Below, piece by piece: positions 29,444-39,783 of a stretch of 64,000 bases of DNA. The stretch is taken from contig JBBFKW010000005.1 of NCBI GenBank assembly GCA_037481835.1, positions 64,001-128,000 of the forward strand, in the 5' to 3' direction. The translations under genes and the position numbers were made by a program. Below the pieces are notes generated by a model, which searched no databases, had not been told where the DNA came from, and worked only from the letters and a program-made list of their open reading frames with translations. Position 1 is the stretch's first letter; each line of letters starts with the position of its first letter. The DNA is from Desulfosoma sp. GTDB taxonomy: Bacteria; Desulfobacterota; Syntrophobacteria; Syntrophobacterales; DSM-9756.

Positions 29444-30206
29444 CGAAACCTTCCGTCCCCAACAGTTCATCGGCCAAGGCCAGATAAGCCCGTGCCCCGG
29501 CCGAGTTGCGATCATAGAGGGTCACAGGGAGCCCGTGACTCGGGCATTCGCTCAAGCGCACGTTGCGCGGAATCAAGGTCTTGAGGACGCGACCGCCCAA
29601 GTGGTTTCGCACCTCCGTGGCCACCTGGTGGCACAGGTTGTTGCGCCGATCGAACATGGTGAGCACAATGCCCCGAATGCGCAAGGCCGGATTCCACCGC
29701 ATCTTGATCTTGCGGATGGTTTCCAGCAGGAGAGTCAGTCCTTCCATGGCGAAGTATTCGCACTGGAGCGGGATGAGGACGCTGTGGGCGGCGCACAGGC
29801 TGTTGACGGTCAAAAGCCCCAAGGACGGAGGGCAATCCAGGAGGACGACATGGAAATCTCGGCCGAGCGTCTCCATCTTTCGGGCTAAAACCGTCTCCCC
29901 GCCTCCTTGGGCTGCCAGTTCCCATTCGGCCGCCGCCAGAGTGGGGTTGGCCGGCAGAAGCCACAGGGGCAGGTTTTCAAAAGGCCGATGCAGCGGAGGC
30001 TTCACATCGCGCTGCAAAAAGCCGTAGAGGCTCGCGTCCGCGTCGGGGACGCGCACACCCAGCCCGCTGGAAGCGTTCCCCTGAGCGTCGCAATCCACGA
30101 GGAGGACTCTTTTTCCCCGAGCCGCCAGGGCCGCGCCCAGGTTGATCGCCGTGGTGGTCTTGCCCACGCCGCCTTTTTGGTTGGCGACGGCCACGACGGA
30201 GGTCAT
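29436..30206 (-). CDS. parA: Chromosome partitioning ATPase ParA/Soj
   Basis: NQKGGVGKTTT, DCPPSLG, QCEYFAMEG, IPRNVRLSECPSHG. Confidence 0.95.
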   Translation of the reverse strand: MTSVVAVANQKGGVGKTTTAINLGAALAARGKRVLLVDCDAQGNASSGLGVRVPDADASLYGFLQRDVKPPLHRPFENLPLWLLPANPTLAAAEWELAAQGGGETVLARKMETLGRDFHVVLLDCPPSLGLLTVNSLCAAHSVLIPLQCEYFAMEGLTLLLETIRKIKMRWNPALRIRGIVLTMFDRRNNLCHQVATEVRNHLGGRVLKTLIPRNVRLSECPSHGLPVTLYDRNSAGARAYLALADELLGTEGFGE

Positions 30207-30466
30207 GACGAAGCCCCTTCACGCCCTGGGACCACAAGGCTCCAGGCATCGAAAAGTTCGTGGTAGCGCACCAAGAATCGTTCCCCTGTATCCACAAGCA
30301 CGCGGAAATAGCGCATGGGCACGCGATGAGAGGCCACGAAGCCTTCGTACCATCGATCTTCCACCGCGACAACCCGGTAGCGGCGCCCGCGCCATTCCAA
30401 CGCCGTCGGTTCCTGGGCTCCGCAATACGCATCCCGGGTTGTCACCGTGACGCGTTCCAATCGCAT
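30203..30466 (-). CDS. Small hypothetical protein (DUF6504-like)
   Basis: EPTALEWRGRRYRV..DRW..RYFRV pattern. ATGA overlap with parA. Confidence 0.6.
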   Translation of the reverse strand: MRLERVTVTTRDAYCGAQEPTALEWRGRRYRVVAVEDRWYEGFVASHRVPMRYFRVLVDTGERFLVRYHELFDAWSLVVPGREGASS

Positions 30467-30572
30467 AACGCAACCTCGCCGCTCACCCCGTTCGGCAAAG
30501 AGTGACTAATATACTGGTGGGCGCTTATGATACAATGTTTTTTCAATTGTGATCGGCAAGGAGGTGCACGCC

Positions 30573-31094
30573 ATGACACGCAAAGCGCTCTTGGTCATCG
30601 ACATGCTCAACGATTTCCTCGATCCCCGCGGAGCTCTCTACTGCGGGGAGTCGGCCCGATCGATCATTCCCGCCGTTCGTCGCCTCATGGAGGACTTTTC
30701 TCGACAGGGCCATCTCATCGTCGTGGTCAAGGACGCCCATCGAAGCGACGATCCGGAATTCCGCATGTTCCCTCCGCATGCCGTGCGCGGGACGTGGGGC
30801 GGAGCCGTCATTCCGGAACTGCCCGTCCCGCAGGACGCGGCGGTTGTGGAAAAAACGCGCTACAGCGCCTTCTTCGGCACCCCCTTGGAAGACATCCTCA
30901 AGGACTACGCTCCCGACGAGGTGTGGGTCGTGGGGGTGTGCACGTCCATTTGCGTCATGGATACGGTAGGGGATCTTCGCAACCGGGACTACACCGTGGT
31001 GGTCCCGTCGGAGGCTGTCGCCGATTTCGACCCTGAATTTCATGCTTTTGCCCTTAAGCGCATGGAACGCGTTTACGGCGCCGCCGTTCGCTGA
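30573..31094 (+). CDS. Cysteine hydrolase / nicotinamidase (PncA-like)
   Basis: VIDMLNDF, KDAH, KTRYSAF, GVCTSICV. Adjacent to pncB. Confidence 0.85.
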   Translation: MTRKALLVIDMLNDFLDPRGALYCGESARSIIPAVRRLMEDFSRQGHLIVVVKDAHRSDDPEFRMFPPHAVRGTWGGAVIPELPVPQDAAVVEKTRYSAFFGTPLEDILKDYAPDEVWVVGVCTSICVMDTVGDLRNRDYTVVVPSEAVADFDPEFHAFALKRMERVYGAAVR

Positions 31095-31128
31095 TATCCG
31101 AGGAAAACGGAAAAGGGAGGCCGAGACT

Positions 31129-32496
31129 ATGGCGCTGTGGCACGGCTACCGCCCGGAACTTCTCACCGATCTTTATCAGTTCACCATGGCGGCGAGCTAC
31201 TGGAAGGAAGGCATGCACGGCCGGGCCGCCTTCAGCCTTTTTGTCCGTGATTTGCCTCCCAACCGCGCCTACTTCGTCTCGGCCGGCCTCCAACACGTTC
31301 TCGCTCTCATCGACGATTTCCACTTCGATCCCGCCTCCATCGATTATCTTCACTCCCTCGGCCGTTTTCCCCAAGGCTTCCTGGATTATCTCAAAACGGT
31401 GCGGTTTACGGGCACGGTTCGGGCCATCCCCGAAGGGCGGATCTTCTTTCCCAACGAACCGCTCATCGAGGTGACCGCCCCGATCGTGGAAGCCCAACTG
31501 CTGGAAACGGTCATTCTCAACACCCTGCACCTGGAAACTTTGGTCGCCACCAAGGCCGCCCGGTGCATCGCCGCCGCCCGCGGCCGCCCCCTCATCGACT
31601 TCTCCCCTCGACGCACCCACGGGGTCGACGCCGCGCTGAAGACCGCTCGATCCAGTTACATCACCGGCTTTATCGGCACGAGCAACGTTCTGGCCGGCCA
31701 ATTTTACGGCATCCCCGTTTTCGGGACCATGGCCCATTCCTACATCACGAGCTTTCTCCATGAAATGGACGCCTTTCGAGCCTACGCCGCGGCCTTTCCA
31801 GACAATACCGTGCTGCTCCTCGACACCTACGACACCTTGAGGGCCGCTGAGAAAGCCGTCATCATCGCCCGGGAACTTCAGGCCCAAGGGAAAAAACTGC
31901 GCGGCGTGCGCCTCGACAGCGGAGACCTCAAGCGCTTGAGCCGTCAAGTCCATGAGCTTTTCCGCCAGCACGGCTTCCCCGACGTGTCCATCATGGCCAG
32001 CGGCAATTTGGACGAATACCGTGTCGACGATCTTCTCCAATCGGGTGCCCATATCGATCTCTTCGGCATCGGCACCCGGCTTGGGGTTTCCGCCGACGCC
32101 CCGTACTTGGACATGGCTTACAAGCTGGTGGAATACGACGGGCGGCCCGTGCTCAAGCTGAGCCCGGGGAAGATCACGTGGGTGGGGGAAAAGCAGGTGT
32201 TCCGCTCCTATGGCCCGTCGGGATTCATGGAACACGACGTTCTGGGCCTCAAGCAAGAAAACCACCCCGGCGCCGAACCCCTCCTGGTTCCCGTGGTGGT
32301 GCACGGGCGGCGAACCGCCCCCGAAGAATCCCTCGGGGACATCCGAGCCCGCTTTCAGGCCGACTGGGACCGTTTGCCCGACGACTACAAGGCCCTGCGA
32401 CCGGAAAAAACCTATCCGGTCCGCCCCAGTGAGCCTCTTCGCGCACTCCAGGAGCGGGTCAGTCGCGCTCGAGTGGATCAGGAAGTCCGGTCATGA
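31129..32496 (+). CDS. pncB: Nicotinate phosphoribosyltransferase
   Basis: LLTDLYQFTM, GTMAHSY, LLDTYD, GVRLDSGDL, SGNLDE, YKLVE. Confidence 0.93.
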   Translation: MALWHGYRPELLTDLYQFTMAASYWKEGMHGRAAFSLFVRDLPPNRAYFVSAGLQHVLALIDDFHFDPASIDYLHSLGRFPQGFLDYLKTVRFTGTVRAIPEGRIFFPNEPLIEVTAPIVEAQLLETVILNTLHLETLVATKAARCIAAARGRPLIDFSPRRTHGVDAALKTARSSYITGFIGTSNVLAGQFYGIPVFGTMAHSYITSFLHEMDAFRAYAAAFPDNTVLLLDTYDTLRAAEKAVIIARELQAQGKKLRGVRLDSGDLKRLSRQVHELFRQHGFPDVSIMASGNLDEYRVDDLLQSGAHIDLFGIGTRLGVSADAPYLDMAYKLVEYDGRPVLKLSPGKITWVGEKQVFRSYGPSGFMEHDVLGLKQENHPGAEPLLVPVVVHGRRTAPEESLGDIRARFQADWDRLPDDYKALRPEKTYPVRPSEPLRALQERVSRARVDQEVRS

Positions 32497-33192
32497 CTCC
32501 CGGCGAATCCATCGGATGAGGCGTCTGCGCGCCAGCAGGCCGGGCAGTTCATATGCGGCATCCTCCAGGCGGTCGAGGACCGCACCCCCTGCCAAGGCGA
32601 CGTGGCCCTGAGCCGGGACGGGAGACGACGGCCCGGCCCAGTAGGCGATGAGGCCGCCCGGAGCCAGGATCGAACCCATCCTCCGGATCATGGCCTCATC
32701 CATCCTTACGGCCCTCATGGTGATCACATCAAAGCTTGGTGCCCCTTCATGCCCTCGAGGCCCCTCCGTGGATCGGCAAAGCCTGGGGATCCACGGCGCT
32801 TCTTCAAAACGGCCGTGCAGGACAGAGACGTTTTTCAAAGCGAGGTCCGCCGCGGCGACTTTGAGGAAACTGGCCTTCTTCCGGTCCGATTCCAACAGAA
32901 AAACCTCCAACCGGGGCCGGACGACCGCCAAAGGAAGGCCGGGAAAGCCCGCTCCACTGCCCACATCCAAGGACTGGCCGCTTTCGGGAAGCCATGAAGC
33001 CGGAACAAGGCTGTCCAGCACATGCTGGATTAACGCCTCTCGTCCCGTGATCCGGGTGAGGTTTACGCGGCGGTTCCACAATTCCACCAGAGCCAAATGC
33101 CGGCAGCATAGAGCCGCCTCCCGGTCGGAGAGCGTCATGCCGCCGTCGGCACACAAGGCCCGAAGCGTTTCCCGGCACTCGTTTTCATCCAC
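32491..33192 (-). CDS. rsmG: 16S rRNA m7G527 methyltransferase
   Basis: WNRRVNLTRI, HVLDSL, DVGSGAGFPG. Start codon uncertain (GTG 33192 chosen). Confidence 0.9.
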   Translation of the reverse strand: MDENECRETLRALCADGGMTLSDREAALCCRHLALVELWNRRVNLTRITGREALIQHVLDSLVPASWLPESGQSLDVGSGAGFPGLPLAVVRPRLEVFLLESDRKKASFLKVAAADLALKNVSVLHGRFEEAPWIPRLCRSTEGPRGHEGAPSFDVITMRAVRMDEAMIRRMGSILAPGGLIAYWAGPSSPVPAQGHVALAGGAVLDRLEDAAYELPGLLARRRLIRWIRRES

Positions 33193-33218
33193 GAAGAAGC
33201 CCCAAAATCTTCCGCGCC

Positions 33219-34625
33219 CTATTTTCCGATGCAAAACCGAGAAAAAATACGGTCCAAAACCGCTTCGTCCACGTCAAGGCCGAGGATTTCCTCCATGGCA
33301 CGCCGAGCGGTTCGGATTTCTTCCGAGACCAGTTCGGGAAGGCCTTGAGTGCGCGCCACTTCCAGGGCCGCCCCGAGGGCTTCGGCGGCGCGTTCCAGGC
33401 ATTCCTTTTGGCGCACATTGACGGCAAAAGTCGATTCGGCTCCCAGAACCATCTCCCGCAGGAACCGGTCTTCCAGAAAGGCTTTAAGGTGCTGAATATC
33501 CTTCGGATCATGAGCGCAGAGAGGGAAAATGGGATCGCCCAGAGCATACCGGGCCGAAATGGCTTCGCGGGTGGTCACCGCAGGACAATCCCTCTTGTTC
33601 AAAACGACCATGCGCCGCTTCGGCCGGGTTTTTTGCTCAATCCGGTCGTCGTCGCCGTCCAAGGGGCGGCTTTGGTCCACCACCCAGAGCACAAGGTCGG
33701 CTTCGTCCACGGAACGCAGGGTCCGTTCGATGCCCAGGGACTCGATGACATCAGGCTCTTCCCGGATGCCTGCCGTATCCAAAACCCGCACCCACAGGCC
33801 TCCCACAAGAAAGCCGTCCTCGATCACGTCCCGCGTGGTTCCGGCGATGGGCGTGACGATGGCACGGTCCTGGCCGACCAAAGCGTTCAGCAAGGACGAC
33901 TTCCCCACGTTGGGCTTTCCCACGAGGACCATGGACAGACCCTCGCGAAGCACGCGGGATTCCTCGTAATGGTCCAGGATCTGTCGAACGGCGGGCAGAA
34001 CGTGGCCCTCCACGCGCGTGGCCAGGTCTTCCATGGAGAACAGGTCCGGCTCGGCGTCCATCTCTTCCGGGAAATCCATGAGGGCCTCCAGCCGGGCCTC
34101 CATATCCAGAAGGTCCTCCCTCCACTGGGAGACGGCCTCCCCCAGGCCTTTCCGCAAATGACGCCCGGCCGCCTCCAGAGCCTTTTCCGACCGGGCGTGG
34201 ATCACATCGGCGACGGCTTCCGCCTGGGAAAGATCCAGCCGCCCATTGAGAAAGGCGCGCAGAGTGAACTCCCCGGGCCGCGCCATGCGAGCCCCTTGGG
34301 CCAAAACCAGGGAAAGGATGCGGTTGAGCACGGCGTAGCCGCTGTGGCAGTTGATTTCCACCACGTCTTCCCCCGTATAGGATCGGGGCCCGGCCATGTA
34401 GCTGGCCAGAACCTCATCCACGGCCGTTCCCGCGGCGGGATCCACGATCCACCCATACGTCAGTTTGTGGGAAGGGGGAGGAAAGGGGGACGATCGGGAC
34501 GGTGCGAAAATCTTTTGGAGGATGGTGAGGGCATCGGGGCCACTGATTTTGATGATCCCGATGCCCCCGATGCCGATGGGAGTCGCGATAGCGCAGATTG
34601 TCTCGGATCGGCAGGCAATGTCCAT
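33219..34625 (-). CDS. mnmE: tRNA modification GTPase
   Basis: TICAIATP, SYTGEDVVEI, GEFTLRAFLNG, GKPNVGKSSL, GTTRD, DTAG, C-terminal FCIGK. Confidence 0.96.
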   Translation of the reverse strand: MDIACRSETICAIATPIGIGGIGIIKISGPDALTILQKIFAPSRSSPFPPPSHKLTYGWIVDPAAGTAVDEVLASYMAGPRSYTGEDVVEINCHSGYAVLNRILSLVLAQGARMARPGEFTLRAFLNGRLDLSQAEAVADVIHARSEKALEAAGRHLRKGLGEAVSQWREDLLDMEARLEALMDFPEEMDAEPDLFSMEDLATRVEGHVLPAVRQILDHYEESRVLREGLSMVLVGKPNVGKSSLLNALVGQDRAIVTPIAGTTRDVIEDGFLVGGLWVRVLDTAGIREEPDVIESLGIERTLRSVDEADLVLWVVDQSRPLDGDDDRIEQKTRPKRRMVVLNKRDCPAVTTREAISARYALGDPIFPLCAHDPKDIQHLKAFLEDRFLREMVLGAESTFAVNVRQKECLERAAEALGAALEVARTQGLPELVSEEIRTARRAMEEILGLDVDEAVLDRIFSRFCIGK

Positions 34626-34647
34626 CGTGCGCGGATGCAGCCTCCGC

Positions 34648-35331
34648 TCACTGTGCGTTGGATTTCGCTTCGGTCATGGAGTCTGGAATGTTTTTCGTTT
34701 TCTTGGCCGGATAGATGACCACCCGGCGCAGGTTGCCTTCGCCTTTGCTCTTGGTACGAACGCCCTGGTCTTCCTTCAGGGCCATGTGGATGATGCGCCG
34801 GTCTTGGGCGTTCATGGGACCCGTCGTCACCGGACGTCTGGATTTCTTGACCCGCTCGCTGAGCTGCAGAGCCATTTCCGTGAGGTTGCTTTCCCGTTTG
34901 GAGCGGTAGTTTTCCGTATCCACGATGACGGGCACATTGTCGCCCACCTCTCGGCTGACGATCTTGCTCACCACATACTGCAAAGCGTTCAAGGTTTTGC
35001 CCCGCTTGCCGATGAGCAATCCGGACCCGTTGCTCACGATGTTCAGATAGACGCTCTCTTCCCGCACTTCGCTTTCCACGACCGTGGGGACGTCCACATA
35101 TTTGAGAATTTCCGTGAGCACTTCCTTGGCCCGGTCACACGCCTTGCCGAGAGGCGTCTCCTTGGGGGTGGCGCGAATGCGCGCCTTGCGGGCCCCGACA
35201 ATGCCGAAAATGCCTGAAGAGCCTTTGGACAAGACTTCGATGTCCAACTTTTCTTGAGGCAGCTGGAACGCCTCGCAGGCCGATCGAATGGCGTCGTCGA
35301 GGGTTTTCCCTTCAAATTCCTGCGTTGGCAT
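34648..35331 (-). CDS. jag: Jag/KhpB RNA-binding protein (KH + R3H)
   Basis: GKTLDDAI, LIGKRGKTLNALQY, DRRIIHMAL. Confidence 0.92.
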   Translation of the reverse strand: MPTQEFEGKTLDDAIRSACEAFQLPQEKLDIEVLSKGSSGIFGIVGARKARIRATPKETPLGKACDRAKEVLTEILKYVDVPTVVESEVREESVYLNIVSNGSGLLIGKRGKTLNALQYVVSKIVSREVGDNVPVIVDTENYRSKRESNLTEMALQLSERVKKSRRPVTTGPMNAQDRRIIHMALKEDQGVRTKSKGEGNLRRVVIYPAKKTKNIPDSMTEAKSNAQ

Positions 35332-35396
35332 ACTCTCCTCCGTTTGTCGTCCGAAGCGCACGCGCGATCGCCAATCTAGAGTGGAGAGGCGCCTGG

Positions 35397-37076
35397 TTAA
35401 GCGTAACGGTTGATCCAGTACTGCTGCACGATGGACAAGACATTGTTCACAAACCAATATAGCACGAGACCGGACGGAAAGTTGACAAAGAATACGGTGA
35501 AAATGACGGGCATCATGAGCATCATCTTTTCCTGTCTCGGATCTCCCGCCGAGGGCGTCATCTTCTGCTGAATGAACATACTTGCCCCCATGAGCAAGGT
35601 CAGAACCGGCACACCCCCCAGATAGGGGACGTCAAACCCGATGAACAACCGATCCGGAGCGGTCAGATCGTTGATCCACAGCCAGAACGGCTGGTGACGC
35701 AGCTCGATGGCGCCGTAGAGCATGCGGTAGAGGGCGAAGAACACGGGAATCTGAAGCACCATGGGCAGGCACCCTCCCAGGGGGTTCACCTTGTAGGTGC
35801 GGTAGAGCATCATGAGCTCTTGGTTGAGCTTTTCCCGGTCGTCTTTGTACTTTTCCCGGATCTGGGCCATCTTGGGCTGGATCTTCTTCATGACCTGCAT
35901 GGACTTGTAGCTCTTGTGCGTCAAAGGCCAGAAGAGGATTTTGATGATCACCGTCAGGATAATGATGGCCACCCCGTAATTGTGGGCATAGTTATAGAGC
36001 CATCGAAGGAAGATCAAGAGGGGTTTGGCCAGGAAGCTGAACCAGCCGAAATCCAAGGCGCGTTCCAGGCGGCTGTCAGCCCTTTTGAGGGCCTCCAGTT
36101 CCTTGGGACCCCAGTAGTAGGTGTTGGAAACCGTCACGGCGGCGCCCGGTGCCACCGTAAAGGGATCCGTCAGATAGACAAGCTGTACCAAACCCGAATC
36201 GGGGTCGAGCAGCCGAGGGGCCACCTGGAAATGGTCCTGCACGCCCGGCAGGACCGCCTGAATGAAGTAGTTGTTTTCATAGCCGATCCAATGCATGGGC
36301 GGTTTGAGAACGGGCGTTTCCTTCTTTAGGCTCTTTTGGTCGAATTTATCCAAAGAGCCGTTTTTGAACACGGTTACATGCGACATGTTGTAAGAGGATT
36401 CCACGCCGTCAAAGGGCATGGCATAGGAGCTGATTCCCAGCTGGTCGGTCAAAGGAGCCTCGGAAAGATTCTCCACGACGACCTCCACCCCTACGGCGTA
36501 GGTTTCGGGAGAAAAGCGCAGGAGCTTTCGCACGCGGACCGTTCCGGGGATTTCCGCAGAAAGAGTCACCGTCTTTTCCCCGTCGCCCGCATTGAGTCGC
36601 ATCTCCGCCGGCCCGTCACCGTCGTAGGGCATGGTGGCCAAGGGCCAGTCCTTGTGCTGAAGCAAATCCACGGCCAGCGGCAAATACCCCGCCCCCTTTG
36701 ACGGGATGAGGTCCATGAGGGGCGAGGCGGGGTCCACTTTTTGGCGGTGTTTTTTCAGCGTGAAACTTTCAATCCGGCCGCCTGCGGACGAAATCTTCGC
36801 CGTGTAAAGGGGGGTATCCACGACCCATGTCTTGGCCGTGGCCGCACCCGGCACGGCATGCTGCTGGGGCACGCTTTTCAGATCCACCGTCGTCTGGGTT
36901 TCCGAGGGGGTGAATGGAGCGGAGGGGGCCGGAGACGTTTGGGGTTGGGCCTGGGTCGCCGTTTGGGGCGCCGAAGGCTGCTTGGCTTTCCGAGAAGTAT
37001 CGGGGGAGAGGAAAATCTCCCAGAGAAACAAGACGGCCAAAGAGAGGGCAAACGCCAGCAAGGCTCGTTTTTCCAT
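35397..37076 (-). CDS. yidC: Membrane protein insertase
   Basis: DFGWF, NYGVAII, NPLGGCLP, GLVLYW. Confidence 0.95.
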   Translation of the reverse strand: MEKRALLAFALSLAVLFLWEIFLSPDTSRKAKQPSAPQTATQAQPQTSPAPSAPFTPSETQTTVDLKSVPQQHAVPGAATAKTWVVDTPLYTAKISSAGGRIESFTLKKHRQKVDPASPLMDLIPSKGAGYLPLAVDLLQHKDWPLATMPYDGDGPAEMRLNAGDGEKTVTLSAEIPGTVRVRKLLRFSPETYAVGVEVVVENLSEAPLTDQLGISSYAMPFDGVESSYNMSHVTVFKNGSLDKFDQKSLKKETPVLKPPMHWIGYENNYFIQAVLPGVQDHFQVAPRLLDPDSGLVQLVYLTDPFTVAPGAAVTVSNTYYWGPKELEALKRADSRLERALDFGWFSFLAKPLLIFLRWLYNYAHNYGVAIIILTVIIKILFWPLTHKSYKSMQVMKKIQPKMAQIREKYKDDREKLNQELMMLYRTYKVNPLGGCLPMVLQIPVFFALYRMLYGAIELRHQPFWLWINDLTAPDRLFIGFDVPYLGGVPVLTLLMGASMFIQQKMTPSAGDPRQEKMMLMMPVIFTVFFVNFPSGLVLYWFVNNVLSIVQQYWINRYA

Positions 37077-37081
37077 GAAGG

Positions 37082-37318
37082 TCACTCCGTTGACTTCCAA
37101 AATTTTTGCGGCACGGGATCGAACCCGCCGGGATGAAAAGGATGACACCTGAGAAGCCTCCAGGCCCCCAAGAGCACGCCGGCCATCGGGCCATGCTTTT
37201 CGATGGCTTCATAGGTGTATGCGGAACAGGACGGATAGAATCGACAGTGGGCTCCAAGAAGGGGAGAAAGACACTCTTGATAAATTTTCACAGCATACAA
37301 AAGCAGCCGTTTCATCAT
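37082..37318 (-). CDS. yidD: Membrane protein insertion efficiency factor
   Basis: CRFYPSCSAY, LLRCHPFHPGGFDPVP. Confidence 0.93.
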   Translation of the reverse strand: MMKRLLLYAVKIYQECLSPLLGAHCRFYPSCSAYTYEAIEKHGPMAGVLLGAWRLLRCHPFHPGGFDPVPQKFWKSTE

Positions 37319-37710
37319 GCCATTCGCAGACCGCCTTTCCTGAAACATTCCCGGAAAAGGTCGGCCAAGTGCGGTGTGGAGAAATGCTCCGCGCCGGGCC
37401 GGGCGATGACCACGATATCCAAGCCCGGCAAAGGGACAGTGTGCTTATGGAGCCGAAACCATTCGCGCAGGCGCCTCTTGATGCGGTTGCGCTGCACGGC
37501 CTTCCAGAACCGCTTTTCCACCACGAGACCCAGGCGGTGATGGCTGAGGCCGTTGGCGGCGATATTGACGAGGAACGCACCGCAGGGAAGGCGTCGGCCT
37601 TCCCTTTTCACTCGCAAGTACTCCGAACGCTTTCTCAGCCTTTCTTCCGGTCGAAAGGACCGCGGGCCGAACCCCGCCGCCGGTGCGACCGGTCTGTGTC
37701 CTTCGGGCAT
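37315..37710 (-). CDS. rnpA: Ribonuclease P protein component
   Basis: ERLRKRSEY, RLGLVV, AVQRNRIKRRLRE (RNR motif). Confidence 0.92.
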   Translation of the reverse strand: MPEGHRPVAPAAGFGPRSFRPEERLRKRSEYLRVKREGRRLPCGAFLVNIAANGLSHHRLGLVVEKRFWKAVQRNRIKRRLREWFRLHKHTVPLPGLDIVVIARPGAEHFSTPHLADLFRECFRKGGLRMA

Positions 37711-37844
37711 CACACAGAAAGGCGCTTTCGACCCTTGGCCCGCCGGCGATTGATGACGGCGCGACCCGACTTGGTGGCCATGCGGACCAAAAACCCGTGC
37801 GTGCGTTTTCTTCTCAAGTTGTGCGGCTGGAATGTGCGTTTCAT
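37710..37844 (-). CDS. rpmH: 50S ribosomal protein L34
   Basis: Hand translation [44 protein letters not shown]; below the ORF-track length cutoff. Confidence 0.97.
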   Translation of the reverse strand: MKRTFQPHNLRRKRTHGFLVRMATKSGRAVINRRRAKGRKRLSV

Positions 37845-37954
37845 GAATCTTTCCTTCCCCTTTCATCGCAATGTTTGGCGCGCGGGAAGCGCTCTTCCCC
37901 GCGTTTTGTCCCTTCGGGCGCACGTAAGCCTTTCGCTCTGGAAGCGAATTGTTG

Positions 37955-37984
37955 CTTATAGTCAAGGCCCCGATTCCTTGTCAA
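37955..37984 (-). promoter_or_regulatory. Putative sigma70 promoter of the rpmH operon
   Basis: Minus strand TTGACA-18 bp-TATAAG. Confidence 0.5.
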
Positions 37985-38285
37985 GCCTCGCGCTTGGTTC
38001 AGCCCATGGGCGGGACGGATTGTTCGTCCAAATGGGGGGAAGGATCCCTCCTGCGGGACACCTGCAACGGCAAAGGCTTTGCCGCCGCTGCCGAATCTTT
38101 GAGCCTCTATCGGGAAAGGAACCTTGCGACCATGGATCGCCATCCCAAGGCGAATGGATGAAGATCCCGAAGAGGCGGCTCGAGACATGGCCCCCGAGAG
38201 TTCCTGCGGGAAGACGGGCCGCGCGGAAAGGAGAGTCACGGCGGGCGATTCCGGCAGGGGCGATCCGCCGATCCGGCGACAGGGT

Positions 38286-39131
38286 TCATGAGCTTCTGGA
38301 CGCAAAGAGGGGGAGTCCCAGGTCGGCGGCCAGGCGTCGGCGCACTGCAGGGTCGTCCAAGGCGGCCACCCGGCCATGGTAGTCTTCGGCCAAAGGCGTG
38401 GCCAGCCACCAGATGAGGGCCGCCGGTTCGTCAACGGGCCGAAGAAGGCCCTGGGCGTGGTAAGCGCGAAAATCCTCCACGCGCGGGAACCGCTCTGCCG
38501 GCGTTTCCCGGATCTTTTGCTGCATGGCCGTGTCCACAACCCCTGGATAGAGGACGTGGACCCGGATGCCGGGGGCGGCGCCACGGAGTTCCTCGGCAAG
38601 GGTTTGGGCGAAAAGATCCAGCCCGGCCTTGGCGGCGCAATAGGCGCTCCAGCCCGCCACGGGATGCGTGGCCGCCCCGCTTGAGGTGAAAATGAACACC
38701 CCCCGGCCGGCTTCCACCATGGCGGGCCCGAAGGCCCGAACGAAATGGAAGGCGCCGGTGAGATTGACGGCGAGATTGTAAGCCCAGTCATCGGGATCCA
38801 GGGTCCAGGTCCGCCCGACGGGTTCGATGACGCCCGCGTTGGCGACCACGACATGCGGCGTGCCGAAGGCATGGCACACGGATTGGGCCATACGCCGCAC
38901 ATCCTCCCATCGGGAAACATCCCCTGCGAAAGGTTCCGCCAAGCCCCCTTGGGCGCGAATCCTCTCCGCGGTTTCACGCACAGCCTTTTCGCTCCTCGCC
39001 GCCAAGGCCACGCGGGCTCCCGCACGAGCGAGCTGCTCGGCCGCCGCCCGTCCAATCCCCCGACCCGCCCCCGAGATGACGGCCAGCTGTCCGTCCAGGC
39101 GCCCTTTCTCTGTCATCGCCTCCTGCCGCAC
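38286..39131 (-). CDS. Short-chain dehydrogenase/reductase
   Basis: [26 protein letters not shown]. Alternative ATG at 39116. Confidence 0.9.
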   Translation of the reverse strand: MRQEAMTEKGRLDGQLAVISGAGRGIGRAAAEQLARAGARVALAARSEKAVRETAERIRAQGGLAEPFAGDVSRWEDVRRMAQSVCHAFGTPHVVVANAGVIEPVGRTWTLDPDDWAYNLAVNLTGAFHFVRAFGPAMVEAGRGVFIFTSSGAATHPVAGWSAYCAAKAGLDLFAQTLAEELRGAAPGIRVHVLYPGVVDTAMQQKIRETPAERFPRVEDFRAYHAQGLLRPVDEPAALIWWLATPLAEDYHGRVAALDDPAVRRRLAADLGLPLFASRSS

Positions 39132-39173
39132 GGATCACCTCCCCGGGCGCCACACGCCCGCGTCGCCACTCAG

Positions 39174-39189
39174 TGTTCCACGTGGAACA
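39174..39189. promoter_or_regulatory. parS centromere-like site
   Basis: Perfect palindrome TGTTCCACGTGGAACA matching the established bacterial parS consensus; intergenic; parAB lies ~10 kb away. Confidence 0.9.
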
Positions 39190-39304
39190 CGGTCCGTCGC
39201 CTTCACCCAGCCCACCTTTTCTTCCTTGCCCTCGGCGTGATACTGTCCTTCCCACGCCACAACTCCAGCTTTCGTTTTCCTATCTTAGCCAGGAGGCTTT
39301 CCCC

Positions 39305-39724
39305 ATGAAAAGCCATCGAAAAGAACTCTGGATGCACATCCCCGCCCGACGGGGTTTCGTCAACATCACCTCGGAGGTGGAAGCCGCCGTCCGCGAAAGC
39401 GGCATCCAGGAAGGCTTGGTCTTGGTGAACGCCATGCACATCACGGCTTCCGTCTTCATCAACGACGACGAACCCGGCCTGCTCCAGGACTACGAAGAGT
39501 GGCTCGAACGGCTCGCCCCCCATGAGCCCGTAAGCCGCTATCGCCACAACCGCACGGGCGAAGACAACGGCGACGCCCACCTCAAACGCCAAATTATGGG
39601 CCGCGAGGTCGTCGTCGCCGTCACCGGCGCCCGCCTGGATCTCGGTCCCTGGGAACAGATCTTTTATGGGGAATTCGACGGGCGGCGCCGCAAAAGGGTT
39701 CTCATCAAGATCATCGGCGCGTGA
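39305..39724 (+). CDS. yjbQ: YjbQ family (secondary thiamine-phosphate synthase)
   Basis: [38 protein letters not shown]. Confidence 0.9.
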   Translation: MKSHRKELWMHIPARRGFVNITSEVEAAVRESGIQEGLVLVNAMHITASVFINDDEPGLLQDYEEWLERLAPHEPVSRYRHNRTGEDNGDAHLKRQIMGREVVVAVTGARLDLGPWEQIFYGEFDGRRRKRVLIKIIGA

Positions 39725-39783
39725 GCCGACCCTCCCTTAGCCCCGCCGGCACCCCCTCCATGGCGGGCATGCGCGGAACCCGT

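Noticed and set aside
37845..38285. oriC upstream of rpmH
   Set aside because: No TTATCCACA-like cluster or AT-rich unwinding element seen.
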